NCBI GenBank assembly: GCA_963664015.2
Contig: CAXXLF010000002.1
Span: forward strand, 1,888,001-1,952,000
Source of the DNA: Candidatus Binatia bacterium
GTDB taxonomy: Bacteria; Desulfobacterota; Binatia; UBA9968; CAXXLF01
DNA: 64,000 nt
Reading direction: 5' to 3'
Shown here: positions 9,104-18,789 of the stretch, piece by piece
How positions within the stretch are numbered: position 1 is the first letter of the stretch
Layout of the letters: every line of letters begins with the position of its first letter
Translations under genes and position numbers: made by a program
Notes under the pieces: model-generated
Database searches by the model: none
What the model was told of the DNA's origin: nothing
Seen by the model: only the letters and a program-made list of their open reading frames with translations

Positions 9104-10006
9104 ATGAAAGTTATCGTTGCTGGTGGAACAGGTTTTATTGGTTCGACCCTATGTGATCGATTAACGGAGATTGGGTATTCGCCTGTCTTGCTTTCGCAAC
9201 GGCCCACACCCCATCACGGCGCATCTAACAGGCAATGGATCACGTGGATTCCTGGTGAATCCGGTCCCTGGGAACAGGCCCTGGAGGGTGCACACGCCGT
9301 GATCAACCTCGCAGGAGAGCCCATTCCCGCCAAGCGGTGGACCCCGTCGCAAAAGGAAAAGATCCGGGCCAGTCGCGTCAACACGACCCGGGCGCTGGTC
9401 GCGGCCATTGGCAAGGCCAAAATGAAACCCGAGATTCTACTCAATGCATCGGCCATTGGATATTACGGTCCCTGTGGTGACGAAACGGTCGTAGAGGATA
9501 CCGAGCCGGGTGGCGGCTTTGTTTCCCAGGTCTGTATCCAGTGGGAAGCGGAGGCAAAGAAGGCGGAGGAATATGGCGTCCGTGTAGTTTTGCTCCGTAC
9601 CGGTATCGTCCTCGGGCAGGGAGGGGGTGCCTTGGCCAAGATGCTCCTCCCTTTCAAGCTATTTATAGGAGGGCCACTGGGGACGGGACGGCAGTGGTTT
9701 TCATGGATTCATATGGAAGACGAGGTCGGGCTCATTGTTCACTTACTGCAAAAAGGGAATGCAACCGGAGCAGTCAATGCCACCGCGCCAAACCCGGTCA
9801 CCATGAAGGAGTTCTGCCGGACACTGGGAAAGGTATTGGGTAGGCCTTCTTGGGCACCGGTCCCTTCCTTTATGCTTCGCCTATTAACAGGAGAGATGGC
9901 CGATGTGATTATCACCGGCCAGCGAGTATTGCCAGAAAAGGCTAAAAAACTGGGTTACACCTTTAAATACCCCGACCTGTTCGACGCTCTGCAGGCCTCG
10001 GTGTAA
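9104..10006 (+). CDS. TIGR01777-family epimerase/oxidoreductase (YfcH-like)
   Basis: GGTGFIG, NLAGE..KRW, SAIGYYG, LRTGIVL, SWIH. Confidence 0.92.
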   Translation: MKVIVAGGTGFIGSTLCDRLTEIGYSPVLLSQRPTPHHGASNRQWITWIPGESGPWEQALEGAHAVINLAGEPIPAKRWTPSQKEKIRASRVNTTRALVAAIGKAKMKPEILLNASAIGYYGPCGDETVVEDTEPGGGFVSQVCIQWEAEAKKAEEYGVRVVLLRTGIVLGQGGGALAKMLLPFKLFIGGPLGTGRQWFSWIHMEDEVGLIVHLLQKGNATGAVNATAPNPVTMKEFCRTLGKVLGRPSWAPVPSFMLRLLTGEMADVIITGQRVLPEKAKKLGYTFKYPDLFDALQASV

Positions 10007-10027
10007 GCTGCAAAGCGCTAGGAGCCT

Positions 10028-10420
10028 GAAGTCAGAGATCAGCGATCAGAGGTCAGCTTCGAATTAATGTCAGTCTTTAGTTTTCAGTAATCAGTCTTCA
10101 GTTCTCAGTATTCGGATCCGGATTTTTTACCGCAGATTTACGCAGATAACCAGAGAAGAGCTATTATTACGCCAAGTCGCCAAGGCCGCAAAAAAAAGAT
10201 ATCTTTATTTTTTGTTTGTCGGGAGATGACGACAAACAAAAGGACTCCCCCTCCACTCCTCCGTGGTCAGTCCTAAGTCTGCGCTAATCGGCGGCTATAT
10301 TTTTTAAATCTTTTCTCTGCGTACTCTGCGCCTTTACGGTGAATAATCCATGCTTTCTTTTGCTTGGCTGACTACTGATGACTGACACCTGATAGTTATT
10401 ACCGTTCTCCGACCTCTGGC
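10028..10420. repeat. Modular palindromic intergenic mosaic, copy 1
   Basis: GTCAGA, CGCAGATT and CGCCAAG modules on the left; hairpin TTTTGTTTGTCG-N8-CGACAAACAAAA at 10210-10241; complementary modules on the right. Confidence 0.85.
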
Positions 10421-10428
10421 CGGATGGA

Positions 10429-10457
10429 TTGACACCCGCGCACACTTGGCGTAAGGA
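10429..10457 (+). promoter_or_regulatory. Putative sigma70 promoter for the amidohydrolase
   Basis: TTGACA-N17-TAAGGA; weak -10. Confidence 0.35.
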
Positions 10458-10577
10458 AATGGGCGGGCGTTACGCGCTTCGCCAAATACTGAACTTAGGT
10501 TAATAATTCCGGAGTTGAAGGCTGACAGCAGTATTTTCTCAGTACTCGTAACTCGTTAATGGTGGAAGGAGGTCCCC

Positions 10578-11606
10578 ATGGCAAGGTCTTTTGAGGTGAT
10601 TGATGCGGATGGTCATATCACCGACACAGATGGTAAGGTCAAGGAGTACATGGAGGCCCCTTACCGGGATCGGCGCGTTTCAATCTATCCGAGCGACAAT
10701 TGGGACCGTTCCCTGGGGGGCACACTAGGGACCAGGGCGCCTGACGCCAAGAGCTGGCTCGACGCCCTGGACGGAGCGGAAGTATCGACCTCGGTCCTGT
10801 TCCCTACCTCCGGTCTTGGCTTCGGTTGGCTGCGCGATCCGGACTTCGCTGTGGCCGTGGCCCGAGCCTACAACAACCTGCTCTCGGAGGAGTTTCAAAA
10901 AGTAAGCCCACGCCTCAAGGGCGTTGCCCTGGTCCCGCTGCAGGACGTGCCCGAAGGGGTGAAGGAGATGCGTCGCGCCGTTCAGGAGCTCGGTTTCGTC
11001 GGAGTGATGCTTCCCGCTATCGGACTCAGAAAGCCCTTGGGACACTCCGACTACTGGCCCATCTACGAGGAGGCGGAGAAGCTGGATGTTATGGTGGGGG
11101 TCCATGCCACCGTCCGGGGCGCTCACTACTTCGGCGCGGACATCTTCGATCAATTCATTGACGTCCATACCCTATCTCACCCTTTTGCCCAGATGATGCA
11201 GATGACCAGCATGGTCATGCGCGGTGTCCTGGAGAAATACCCGAGCCTCCGTATCGCCTTTATGGAGGCCGGTTGCTCGTGGGTGCCTTACTGGGCCGGG
11301 AGGATGGACGAAGAATGGGGGATCCGGGGTAAAGTGGAAGCTCCGTTGTGTAAGAAAAAACCCAGCGAGTACATTAAGAGTGATCGAATCTTTTTCCACG
11401 CCGAGGACTACGAGCCGCTCATCGGACCCACGGCCGAGTACCTCAGCCCCGAGGTTATCTACTACGCCTCTGACTGGCCCCATTGGGATAGCGAGTTCCC
11501 TAAAAACATCGACGACATGGCGCAGCGCAAGGATCTAACTGATGAAGATAAAAAGTGGCTCTTCGCCGAGACGGCAAAGAGGCTTTATAAGCTCAACGGA
11601 GCGTAG
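10578..11606 (+). CDS. Amidohydrolase_2 family protein (metal-dependent decarboxylase/hydratase-like)
   Basis: IDADGH, ARAYN, GVH, EAGCSW, ASDWPHWD; RBS GGAGG. Confidence 0.9.
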   Translation: MARSFEVIDADGHITDTDGKVKEYMEAPYRDRRVSIYPSDNWDRSLGGTLGTRAPDAKSWLDALDGAEVSTSVLFPTSGLGFGWLRDPDFAVAVARAYNNLLSEEFQKVSPRLKGVALVPLQDVPEGVKEMRRAVQELGFVGVMLPAIGLRKPLGHSDYWPIYEEAEKLDVMVGVHATVRGAHYFGADIFDQFIDVHTLSHPFAQMMQMTSMVMRGVLEKYPSLRIAFMEAGCSWVPYWAGRMDEEWGIRGKVEAPLCKKKPSEYIKSDRIFFHAEDYEPLIGPTAEYLSPEVIYYASDWPHWDSEFPKNIDDMAQRKDLTDEDKKWLFAETAKRLYKLNGA

Positions 11607-11609
11607 GGG

Positions 11610-11853
11610 CAGAGCGCGGAGGTAAGACAGTAGGCAGTATGCAGGGGGCAGACAGACAAAAGAAGCTGGATAAAAATGTCTTTCGCAAAGACACAAAGGG
11701 CCCCAAGTTCGGAGAAAGTTAATTAATCGCAGATTTTCGTAGATTAACGCAGATAGGGGAGAAATCCGATTTTTTGTTTATCGGGAGACAGCGATTGGGC
11801 AAATACTCTCGTATCTGCGGTGAAATAATCCGGAGCTCGAAACTGATTACTGA
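11610..11853. repeat. Modular palindromic intergenic mosaic, copy 2 (chimeric central hairpin)
   Basis: CGGAGGTAAGACAGTAGGCAG, CGCAAAG and CGCAGATT modules; hybrid hairpin at 11770-11803. Confidence 0.8.
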
Positions 11854-11928
11854 GGGGAACATGAAAGAGGGTGAAAGATGTTGGGTGTAGGGGGTAGGAA
11901 CCGCAAATCGTAAGGGAAACCAGACTTT

Positions 11929-12054
11929 AGACTGCTGAAAAAGGTTCCAGGTGCGAGGCGCGCAAGAAGTCGACGAGCGGAGGCGTACTCATGCGGTACG
12001 TTGGAGCGAGGCGATTAAGTGCAACGACGCAGATGGGACTTTTTTCAGCGGTCT
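11929..12054. mobile_element. MITE-like element, 126 bp, TIRs AGACTGCTGAAAAA / TTTTTCAGCGGTCT
   Basis: 14-bp terminal inverted repeat with one mismatch; second copy at 2095-2244. Confidence 0.82.
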
Positions 12055-12066
12055 GTATAAGGAAAA

Positions 12067-13857
12067 ATGAATATGGCGAATGGAAGCAGTGAAGCTTTTG
12101 ATCAACGGTGGGGTACCTATCAGGCGGATGAGTGGGCCGATGCTATTGTCACATCGATGAAGCTGGGAGGCATCGACAACCTGTTCTTTGTCTCCGGATC
12201 GGAGACGGCCTTTTTTCAGGAGAGCATCGCTAAGGCCGAGCAGCTCGGGCGGCCGGCCCCCCGGCTGGTCACGGTGCTGCATGAGAGCGTTGCGTTGAAC
12301 GCCGCGCTGGGAAACGCCATGGTCACGGGCAAGCCGGCGGCCACGTCGGTGCACGTGGACGTGGGGACCTTCAACTACGGCGGGGCGATCCATAACGCCT
12401 GGCGTGGGTCGTATCCGGTCATGATGACGGCCGGAAACGGGCCCCGCGCTTATCCGGGCTCCATGGCCGGCGCTCGCAACAATGCGGTGCAATGGATTCA
12501 GGAGCCGCGGGATCAGGGAGAGATCCTCAGGCAGTACACGAAGATGGACCACCGCCTGGAACACGAGGACAATCCCGGTTTCATGATCAGCCGCTTGTTG
12601 CAGGTGGCCATGAGTGAGCCACGGGGCCCGGTCTACCTGTCGCTCCCGCGGGAGTCGGCCATGCTGCGCTTTCCCGGGACGACCCGGTTCCCGACCCGTG
12701 ACGAGCTTGGAATCGCGCGTCCGGCGTGGCCCGACCCGAGTGATGCGCGCAAGGTCGCCCAGTGGCTGATCAAGGCGGACAACCCCTGCGTTCTTACCGC
12801 GAGTTCGGGTCGAAATCCGGACTCGGTAGAAGAGCTAGTACGGCTCGCTGAGCTCTTGGCGCTGCCGGTTCAGGAGGTGGGTCGGTCGGCCGATCAACTG
12901 AACTTTCCCACGACCCATCCCCTGTACGGGGTCGGACCCAATCCCCAGGACGCCGACATGCTCTTGATCATGGAAACTCCGGTCCCCTATATCCCTCCGA
13001 CGGGAAACCCCCGGCCGGGGACCAAGGTCGTGTGGGTCGACGTGGATCCTGTGATGTCCCGCTACAAGACCCTGGATACCCAGGCCGACATGTGGCTTCC
13101 GGTGACTGCGACGTCAGCGGTCCGGGCGATCCACGAGGCTGCAACCGGGATGCTAACCCAGTCCGATATGACCCGGATCGCAGAGCGTCGCGCCCGATTT
13201 GAGGAGCAAAAACGGGAGCAAACCGCAAAGGCGGAAAAGCTGGCCATGGAGGCGGGAAAGAGAAGGCCTCTTCACCCCCGCTGGGTCGGGTACCAGATGG
13301 GTAAGATCCTGGACCCCAACGCCATCGTGTTAGACGACTCGTTGAGCAACTCGCGAAATGTGCAGACCTACCATGGACGCACCAAACCGGGAACCTATTT
13401 CAAGAGCGGCGGCTCTTCCGGCGGCTGGGGCAGCGGTGCTGCATTTGGTGCGAAATTAGGAAAGCCGGACAGCGATGTGGTCCTAGCTACGGGAGACGGG
13501 TATCTGATGTTCGGTAGCCCACTCTCGGCCTTCTGGTGCGGGGCCCATTACAAGGTGCCTTTTTTGACGGTCGTGTTTGTCAACCGCTCTTACTCAACGG
13601 GTACGAGCAACGTCTCCCGTACCTATCCGGAAGGCGCGGTGGTCAAGGCCGGCAACTACGAGGGCGGAGTCTTCGACCCGCCGCCGGATTTTGCCAAGCT
13701 GGCCGAGGCGGCCAATTGTTACGGTGAGACGGTGAGCGATCCCGACCAGGTGGCTTCGGCGCTGCAGCGGGGGATGAAGGAAGTGCGAAACGGCACCCCG
13801 GCACTCCTTGCGATGCAATTGCCAACGCCCATGGAAGAAAAGGAGCTGGCTAAATAG
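12067..13857 (+). CDS. Thiamine pyrophosphate-requiring enzyme (acetolactate synthase/benzoylformate decarboxylase-like superfamily)
   Basis: LHESVA catalytic Glu, GPVYLSLP, TGDG...VVFVN TPP motif. Confidence 0.9.
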   Translation: MNMANGSSEAFDQRWGTYQADEWADAIVTSMKLGGIDNLFFVSGSETAFFQESIAKAEQLGRPAPRLVTVLHESVALNAALGNAMVTGKPAATSVHVDVGTFNYGGAIHNAWRGSYPVMMTAGNGPRAYPGSMAGARNNAVQWIQEPRDQGEILRQYTKMDHRLEHEDNPGFMISRLLQVAMSEPRGPVYLSLPRESAMLRFPGTTRFPTRDELGIARPAWPDPSDARKVAQWLIKADNPCVLTASSGRNPDSVEELVRLAELLALPVQEVGRSADQLNFPTTHPLYGVGPNPQDADMLLIMETPVPYIPPTGNPRPGTKVVWVDVDPVMSRYKTLDTQADMWLPVTATSAVRAIHEAATGMLTQSDMTRIAERRARFEEQKREQTAKAEKLAMEAGKRRPLHPRWVGYQMGKILDPNAIVLDDSLSNSRNVQTYHGRTKPGTYFKSGGSSGGWGSGAAFGAKLGKPDSDVVLATGDGYLMFGSPLSAFWCGAHYKVPFLTVVFVNRSYSTGTSNVSRTYPEGAVVKAGNYEGGVFDPPPDFAKLAEAANCYGETVSDPDQVASALQRGMKEVRNGTPALLAMQLPTPMEEKELAK

Positions 13858-13861
13858 CCAG

Positions 13862-14400
13862 CTCGCAAAGCGTATGGCGCGGAAGTAAGACAGTGAGCAG
13901 GGGGCAGCAATTCGTTAAGAGACTTCTGACAACTGACAGAAGAAAGATAGGAGGCAGCTGGCAGCTTGAGATAAGAAGCCGGAGAAAAATCACTCGCGCA
14001 AAGACGCAAAGCGCGCCAAGTTAGGAGAAGATATAAAATATCCTTCCTTTGCGCCTTGGCTCAGTCAAAGGCTGATCCGCCCTCTGGCGGAGTTTTGGTG
14101 CGAGAAAAGTATTCCGGTAAGAAACCGAGGTCTTTTGCCTCTGCGTACTCTGCGCCTCTGCGGTCAATTTCCGAATTCCCATCCGTGTCTATCAGCGGTT
14201 AGTTGTTCATAACGCTTTTCTCTATGCCCTCTGCTCTTTGCAGTTCCGCCGTCGGCGTCCATCTGCGTTAATCTGCGGTTAAATGTCTTAACTCTTTCCC
14301 CCTTGCTGCCCACTGCATACTGCCTACTGTCTTACTTCCGTCGGTAGTCTCTTCTTTCTGGCTGATTTTGGACCTCCGACCTCTGCCATCTGTCTTTCTG
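13862..14400. repeat. Modular palindromic intergenic mosaic, copy 3
   Basis: 13880-13910 is complementary to 14303-14340; CTCGCGCAAAGACGCAAAG (13993) pairs with CTTTGCG...GCGAG (14047-14104); CTCTGCG and ATCTGCG modules on the right. Confidence 0.85.
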
Positions 14401-14425
14401 GTTCCCCGTGCGCTATATAATTCCT

Positions 14426-15313
14426 GTGCCGGCTTCATGGTTACAACTCTCCGTCAAAGCCAATCCGGCTGCCCTGGATACCATTGCTAACTTTTTGATC
14501 GAGCGGGGATCGCCCGGTGTTATGCTCAAAGAGGCCGAGGTGCGCGCCTGGTTCCCTACGGTGGGGAGGGCGCTGACACTCAAGCGGGACATCCGTCGCT
14601 TCCTGAAGGGCATCAGCGAGATCTACCCTGAAGTAAAGTCTAAGGTAAAGCGAAGAGCGCTGCGCTGGACGGTCCTGAAAGACCGGAATTGGAACAGTTA
14701 CTGGCGTCGGTTTTTCACTCCGCAAAAGATCGCCAAGACCATCTTGATCACGCCGCCGTGGCGTAAGCCGGCAAAGGCAGAAAAAAGAAAGGTGATCGAG
14801 ATTGAGCCCGGCATGGCTTTTGGGACGGGCACTCATGCGACGACGCGGGGTTGTTTGGAGTATCTGGAAGAGGTCGTCCGCAGGCAACCGCAAGGTCTGA
14901 AAGGTCTGATCGCCCTGGACGTGGGAACTGGGTCCGGCATTCTGGCCATTGCCCTGGCCAAGATGGGCGTGCGTCGGGTGGTGGCCCTGGATAACGATCC
15001 CGTCGCTCTAAAAGTCGCCCGCTCCAATGTCAAACGTAACCGGGTGGCAAAGTCGGTCGTCTTGTCGAGCACCGAACTCCAACGCTACAAGGGTCCATTC
15101 AACGTTGTGGTGGCCAACTTGACCGCCGAAACCATCATAGATGTCGCGCCGCTCTTGAAAAAGAACGTGGCGCGGGGCGGGACCCTCATCCTTGCCGGCA
15201 TCCTCGATTCCCAGGAGCGAGAGGTCCTGGCCCATTTCAAAAACCCCTTTACCCTGCTGCGGAAAAAGAGTAGCGAGGGTTGGTCCACACTGGCGTTAAT
15301 GAAAGAGGCCTGA
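14426..15313 (+). CDS. prmA: Ribosomal protein L11 methyltransferase
   Basis: IEPGMAFGTGTHATT, LDVGTGSGILAI, VVANL; start uncertain (GTG 14426 or 14408). Confidence 0.93.
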   Translation: MPASWLQLSVKANPAALDTIANFLIERGSPGVMLKEAEVRAWFPTVGRALTLKRDIRRFLKGISEIYPEVKSKVKRRALRWTVLKDRNWNSYWRRFFTPQKIAKTILITPPWRKPAKAEKRKVIEIEPGMAFGTGTHATTRGCLEYLEEVVRRQPQGLKGLIALDVGTGSGILAIALAKMGVRRVVALDNDPVALKVARSNVKRNRVAKSVVLSSTELQRYKGPFNVVVANLTAETIIDVAPLLKKNVARGGTLILAGILDSQEREVLAHFKNPFTLLRKKSSEGWSTLALMKEA

Positions 15314-15315
15314 TC

Positions 15316-16056
15316 ATGTCCCGCTTTTTTTTCACTAGAGACAAGATAGAAAACAACAAGGCGACCCTGGAGGGCACCGAGCTCGGTCACATAAAGACGG
15401 TCCTGCGCCTCAAGCCGGGACAGAGCGTCTTCCTGTTCGACGATGAGGGCTGGGAGCACGAGGCCAGGATCCAGTCCTACGGCGATCGCAGCGCGGAACT
15501 GGAGATCTTGAAGTCGTACCAACCGGCCCGCGAGTCCCCTCTGGCGATCACATTGGCACAGGCGGTGGGTAAAGGGGAGAAGATGGACTGGGTGGTCGAG
15601 AAGGCCACCGAGTTGGGCGTCCACACTATCGTCCCCTTTTTCTCTTCCTATACGGTGCCCCGTCTCGATTCGAAACGGGCGGACAAGCGGCGGTCGCGCT
15701 GGGAAAAGATCGCCTTGAGCGCCGTAAAGCAGTCGGGCCGCACCCGGATCCCGACCCTACTCGACGTGTGCGAATTCCAGGATCTGGTTCGAAAAGACTG
15801 GTCCTGTGACTTGAAACTCCTTCTCTGTCCGGGAGACTTTAACGTCCGTATGAACCGTATTAAAGAAAAGCATCCACAAATCGCATCCGTGTTGCTTGTC
15901 ATAGGTCCGGAGGGCGGCCTCACCTCCGACGAAGTCCTTCAGGCCGAGCGTGAGGGATTTAAGATTGTCCACCTGGGCCGCAGGATACTTCGAACCGAGA
16001 CCGCCGCCGTCAGCGCCCTCACCATCCTGCAACTCCTGTGGGGGGACCTGGGGTAG
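15316..16056 (+). CDS. rsmE: 16S rRNA m3U1498 methyltransferase
   Basis: HIKTVLRL, KATELGV, IGPEGG, LGRRILRTETA. Confidence 0.95.
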   Translation: MSRFFFTRDKIENNKATLEGTELGHIKTVLRLKPGQSVFLFDDEGWEHEARIQSYGDRSAELEILKSYQPARESPLAITLAQAVGKGEKMDWVVEKATELGVHTIVPFFSSYTVPRLDSKRADKRRSRWEKIALSAVKQSGRTRIPTLLDVCEFQDLVRKDWSCDLKLLLCPGDFNVRMNRIKEKHPQIASVLLVIGPEGGLTSDEVLQAEREGFKIVHLGRRILRTETAAVSALTILQLLWGDLG

Positions 16057-16076
16057 GCGCGCGAAGCGCGACAAAC

Positions 16077-16532
16077 CGGAGGTCAGAAGACAGACAAGAG
16101 AAAAAGATAGTAGGATTTATTCACGGCAGAGACGCAGAGAAAAGACAGAAGAGATTTAACCGCGGATTTTCGTAGATTAACGCCGATTTAGGATTCACCG
16201 AGGAGGAACGGAGGGGGAGGAAATACTTTTTGCCCAATCGGGCGGCGACGATTGGGCAAAAAGAGCTCCTTTTTGTTTGTCGTCGTCACCCGACAAACAA
16301 AAAATAAAGTCTCTGCTCCTGTCCCTTGATGCTGTTGTTACAGCCAACGCCTTGCTGTTTTTCTGACTTCTTCAGCCGAAGGCTGATCAGCCTCAGGCTG
16401 TGACCTCTAACTTCCGATCTCTGGCTCTTTATTCTCTGCGTGCTCTGCCGTAGTATTTTTGAATTTAATCGGCGATCATCAGCGTAAATCTGCGGTTAAT
16501 GGGTTTGAAGCTGAAGGCTGATAGCTGATGGC
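16077..16532. repeat. Modular palindromic intergenic mosaic, copy 4, with two perfect central hairpins
   Basis: TTTTTGCCCAATCG-N8-CGATTGGGCAAAAA (16227-16262) and TTTTTGTTTGTCG-N8-CGACAAACAAAAA (16270-16303), flanked by complementary modules. Confidence 0.88.
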
Positions 16533-16598
16533 CAAGAGGTAACCGAACGATTGCAATTCCTCACCCACAGCCCTAGCATAGATGAAAGGTACCCAGTT

Positions 16599-17402
16599 AT
16601 GAAATGTCCCAAGTGTGGATTCCTTAGCGCTAACGATCTCGAGCGCTGCAAGCGGTGCGGGGCTGACTGGGTCAAAGAGCGTGCGCAGATCGAAACCGGG
16701 TCCCAGGAACGGGCTAGCCGGGAGGCCGAGGGCTTATCCGCTAAAATTTCGGCATCTATAGAGACGGAGACGAAGCCCGAGGCTGAGACTTCGGAGGCTT
16801 TGAGGGGTTTGGAAGGTTTGATGGCTGAGCCCGAAGAGGTTCCTGCTGCGGAGCCACACGCGGAACCCGGCCCGATATTGGAGCGAGGCGCAGCGGCCGT
16901 TGCCCTCGATCGTGAGTTCGACCGGCTCTATGAGACCTTACGAGCGCGGGAGGTGGGAGGAGGGCCCCCGCGGTGGGGTGGATTCTTCCGGCGTTCCTCT
17001 GCCTTTTCTATCGACCTTATGGTCCTGTCCATGCTCTCCAGCTTGCTCTTTTATCTGATCAACGTTGGCTTCCAGGTCGGCATGTCGGCGCACGGACAAA
17101 CCATGACGGTGGATCACTTGTTCTTATTGATTCATATCTTTGTGCTCGCCTGGTTGGGCCTGGTGGCAAGTTACTTTGTGATGCTTCCTGCAATGAGCGG
17201 TATGACCGTGGGTAAATGGCTTCTGGGATTGAAGATCGTAGCGGCAAACCGTGCACCCATCTCATACCCACAGGCGATGCTCCGCTGGCTAGGGTATGCC
17301 ATATCGGCCCCGTTGGGCCTGGGGTTTCTCTGGATTATGGTTAGCCGGGAGAAAAGGGCATGGCACGACCTCCTCGCCCGGACTTGGGTTGTCAGGGGGT
17401 AG
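16599..17402 (+). CDS. RDD-family membrane protein with N-terminal zinc ribbon
   Basis: CPKC..CKRC; GFFRR.SAFSID, TVGKWLLGLKIV, KRAWHDLLART. Confidence 0.88.
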   Translation: MKCPKCGFLSANDLERCKRCGADWVKERAQIETGSQERASREAEGLSAKISASIETETKPEAETSEALRGLEGLMAEPEEVPAAEPHAEPGPILERGAAAVALDREFDRLYETLRAREVGGGPPRWGGFFRRSSAFSIDLMVLSMLSSLLFYLINVGFQVGMSAHGQTMTVDHLFLLIHIFVLAWLGLVASYFVMLPAMSGMTVGKWLLGLKIVAANRAPISYPQAMLRWLGYAISAPLGLGFLWIMVSREKRAWHDLLARTWVVRG

Positions 17403-17408
17403 GGGAGC

Positions 17409-17565
17409 GTCAGTCAGTACTGAGTTATCGGATCAGAGAAATACAGCTGGCAGTAGGCAGAATCCGGACGCTTTGCACCATGCTCTTTGCGCTTTGCCGT
17501 GATATTCTTGAATTTTATCGGCGAAAATCGGCGGTGAAAAAATCCGTATCTGTAAACTGATTGTT
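17409..17565. repeat. Short/degenerate intergenic mosaic, copy 5
   Basis: GTCAGTCAG and CAGCTGGCAGTAGGCAG on the left; CTTTGC repeats and ATCGGCGAAAATCGGCGGTGAA on the right. Confidence 0.7.
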
Positions 17566-17593
17566 GTAAACTAAGTCCTACGAAAGTACGCTT

Positions 17594-18547
17594 ATGAGTA
17601 GTCTGAAGTTTGGAATAATCATCGACCCCATCGAAAAGATCGATATTGACAAGGACACGACCTTTGTCATGATGCTCGAGGCTGAAAAGCGGGGACATGA
17701 GCTCCATTATATGGAGATGGGGGACCTCTTTATCCGCGACACGGTGCCCCATGCCTCCTCTCGTCCGCTCAGTGTCAAGCGGGGAAAGCCCCACTTCACA
17801 CTGAAGGAGGCGGTGATTCATCCCCTGAATTGGTTCGACGTCGTCCTCATGCGGAAGGACCCTCCCTTCGACCTCCAGTACTACTTCATGACCCATCTGC
17901 TGAGCCTCGTGGACCCGTGCCAGTGCGTCGTGGTCAACGATCCCCACGGCCTTAGGGAAGCTACGGAGAAGCTCTACGCCCTGAATTTTCCCAGCGTCAT
18001 CCCACCCTCCATCGTTACTAACGACGTTGCGCGCCTGAAGACATTCATGGAAAAGCAGGACGGTGAGATGATCGTAAAGCCGCTCGAAGGCTGCGGCGGC
18101 CACGGGGTCTTTTACCTCACCCTGAAGGACCGCAACCTGAGCGCCGTCCTGGAGCTGGCAACATTGGATGGGAAGATCCCGGTCATGGGCCAGCGCTATC
18201 TGCCGGAGATTCGCCAGGGAGACAAACGGGTCCTCGTACTGGACGGCGAGCCCATCGGCGCGCTGCTCCGCGTACCGACCGAGAATGAGAACCGGGCCAA
18301 CCTCCATGTGGGCGGTTCCTCCGTCAAGGGCGAGATCACGCCCCGGGACCGGGAGATCTGCCGGGTCCTTTCCGAGCCTTTGAAAAAGCTTGGCCTTTAC
18401 TTTGTCGGACTCGACGTCATCGGCGATTATCTCACCGAGGTCAACGTCACCAGCCCCACCTGCGTCCAAGAGATCAACACCCTCGACAAAGTCCAACTGG
18501 AAACCCAGATTATTGACTTCATCGAGAAAAAAGCCGCGCAACACTAG
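17594..18547 (+). CDS. gshB: Glutathione synthetase
   Basis: MRKDPPFD, EKL, KPLEGCGG, GDKR, RANLHVGG, GLDVIG, TEVNVTSPT. Confidence 0.96.
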   Translation: MSSLKFGIIIDPIEKIDIDKDTTFVMMLEAEKRGHELHYMEMGDLFIRDTVPHASSRPLSVKRGKPHFTLKEAVIHPLNWFDVVLMRKDPPFDLQYYFMTHLLSLVDPCQCVVVNDPHGLREATEKLYALNFPSVIPPSIVTNDVARLKTFMEKQDGEMIVKPLEGCGGHGVFYLTLKDRNLSAVLELATLDGKIPVMGQRYLPEIRQGDKRVLVLDGEPIGALLRVPTENENRANLHVGGSSVKGEITPRDREICRVLSEPLKKLGLYFVGLDVIGDYLTEVNVTSPTCVQEINTLDKVQLETQIIDFIEKKAAQH

Positions 18548-18565
18548 CTATCAGCCTTTGATATC

Positions 18566-18601
18566 AAGAGCGGCGGTCCACATGGGCCGCCGCTCTTTTT
18601 T
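18566..18601 (+). terminator. Rho-independent terminator after gshB
   Basis: AAGAGCGGCGG...CCGCCGCTCTT stem followed by a T-run. Confidence 0.85.
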
Positions 18602-18716
18602 GCCTAAAATATGGTTCCATCGCCATTACGGCAAGGAGAGTCGTAAAATTTTTTCCCTGAGCTAAATATTTGACGTAGGTCGAGGTTAAATGCTAGTAAA
18701 TTAAATCCTTATGTAT

Positions 18717-18789
<73 letters not shown>

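Noticed and set aside
16227-16303. Core hairpins as intrinsic terminators
   Set aside because: The T-run precedes the stem on both strands and the stems are AT-rich
10028-17565. CRISPR array or integron attC array
   Set aside because: No identical regularly spaced repeats, no cas or integron integrase gene, and no GTTRRRY/RYYYAAC ends seen
17414-18544. 376-aa antisense ORF
   Set aside because: Shadow of gshB on the opposite strand; no recognisable motifs
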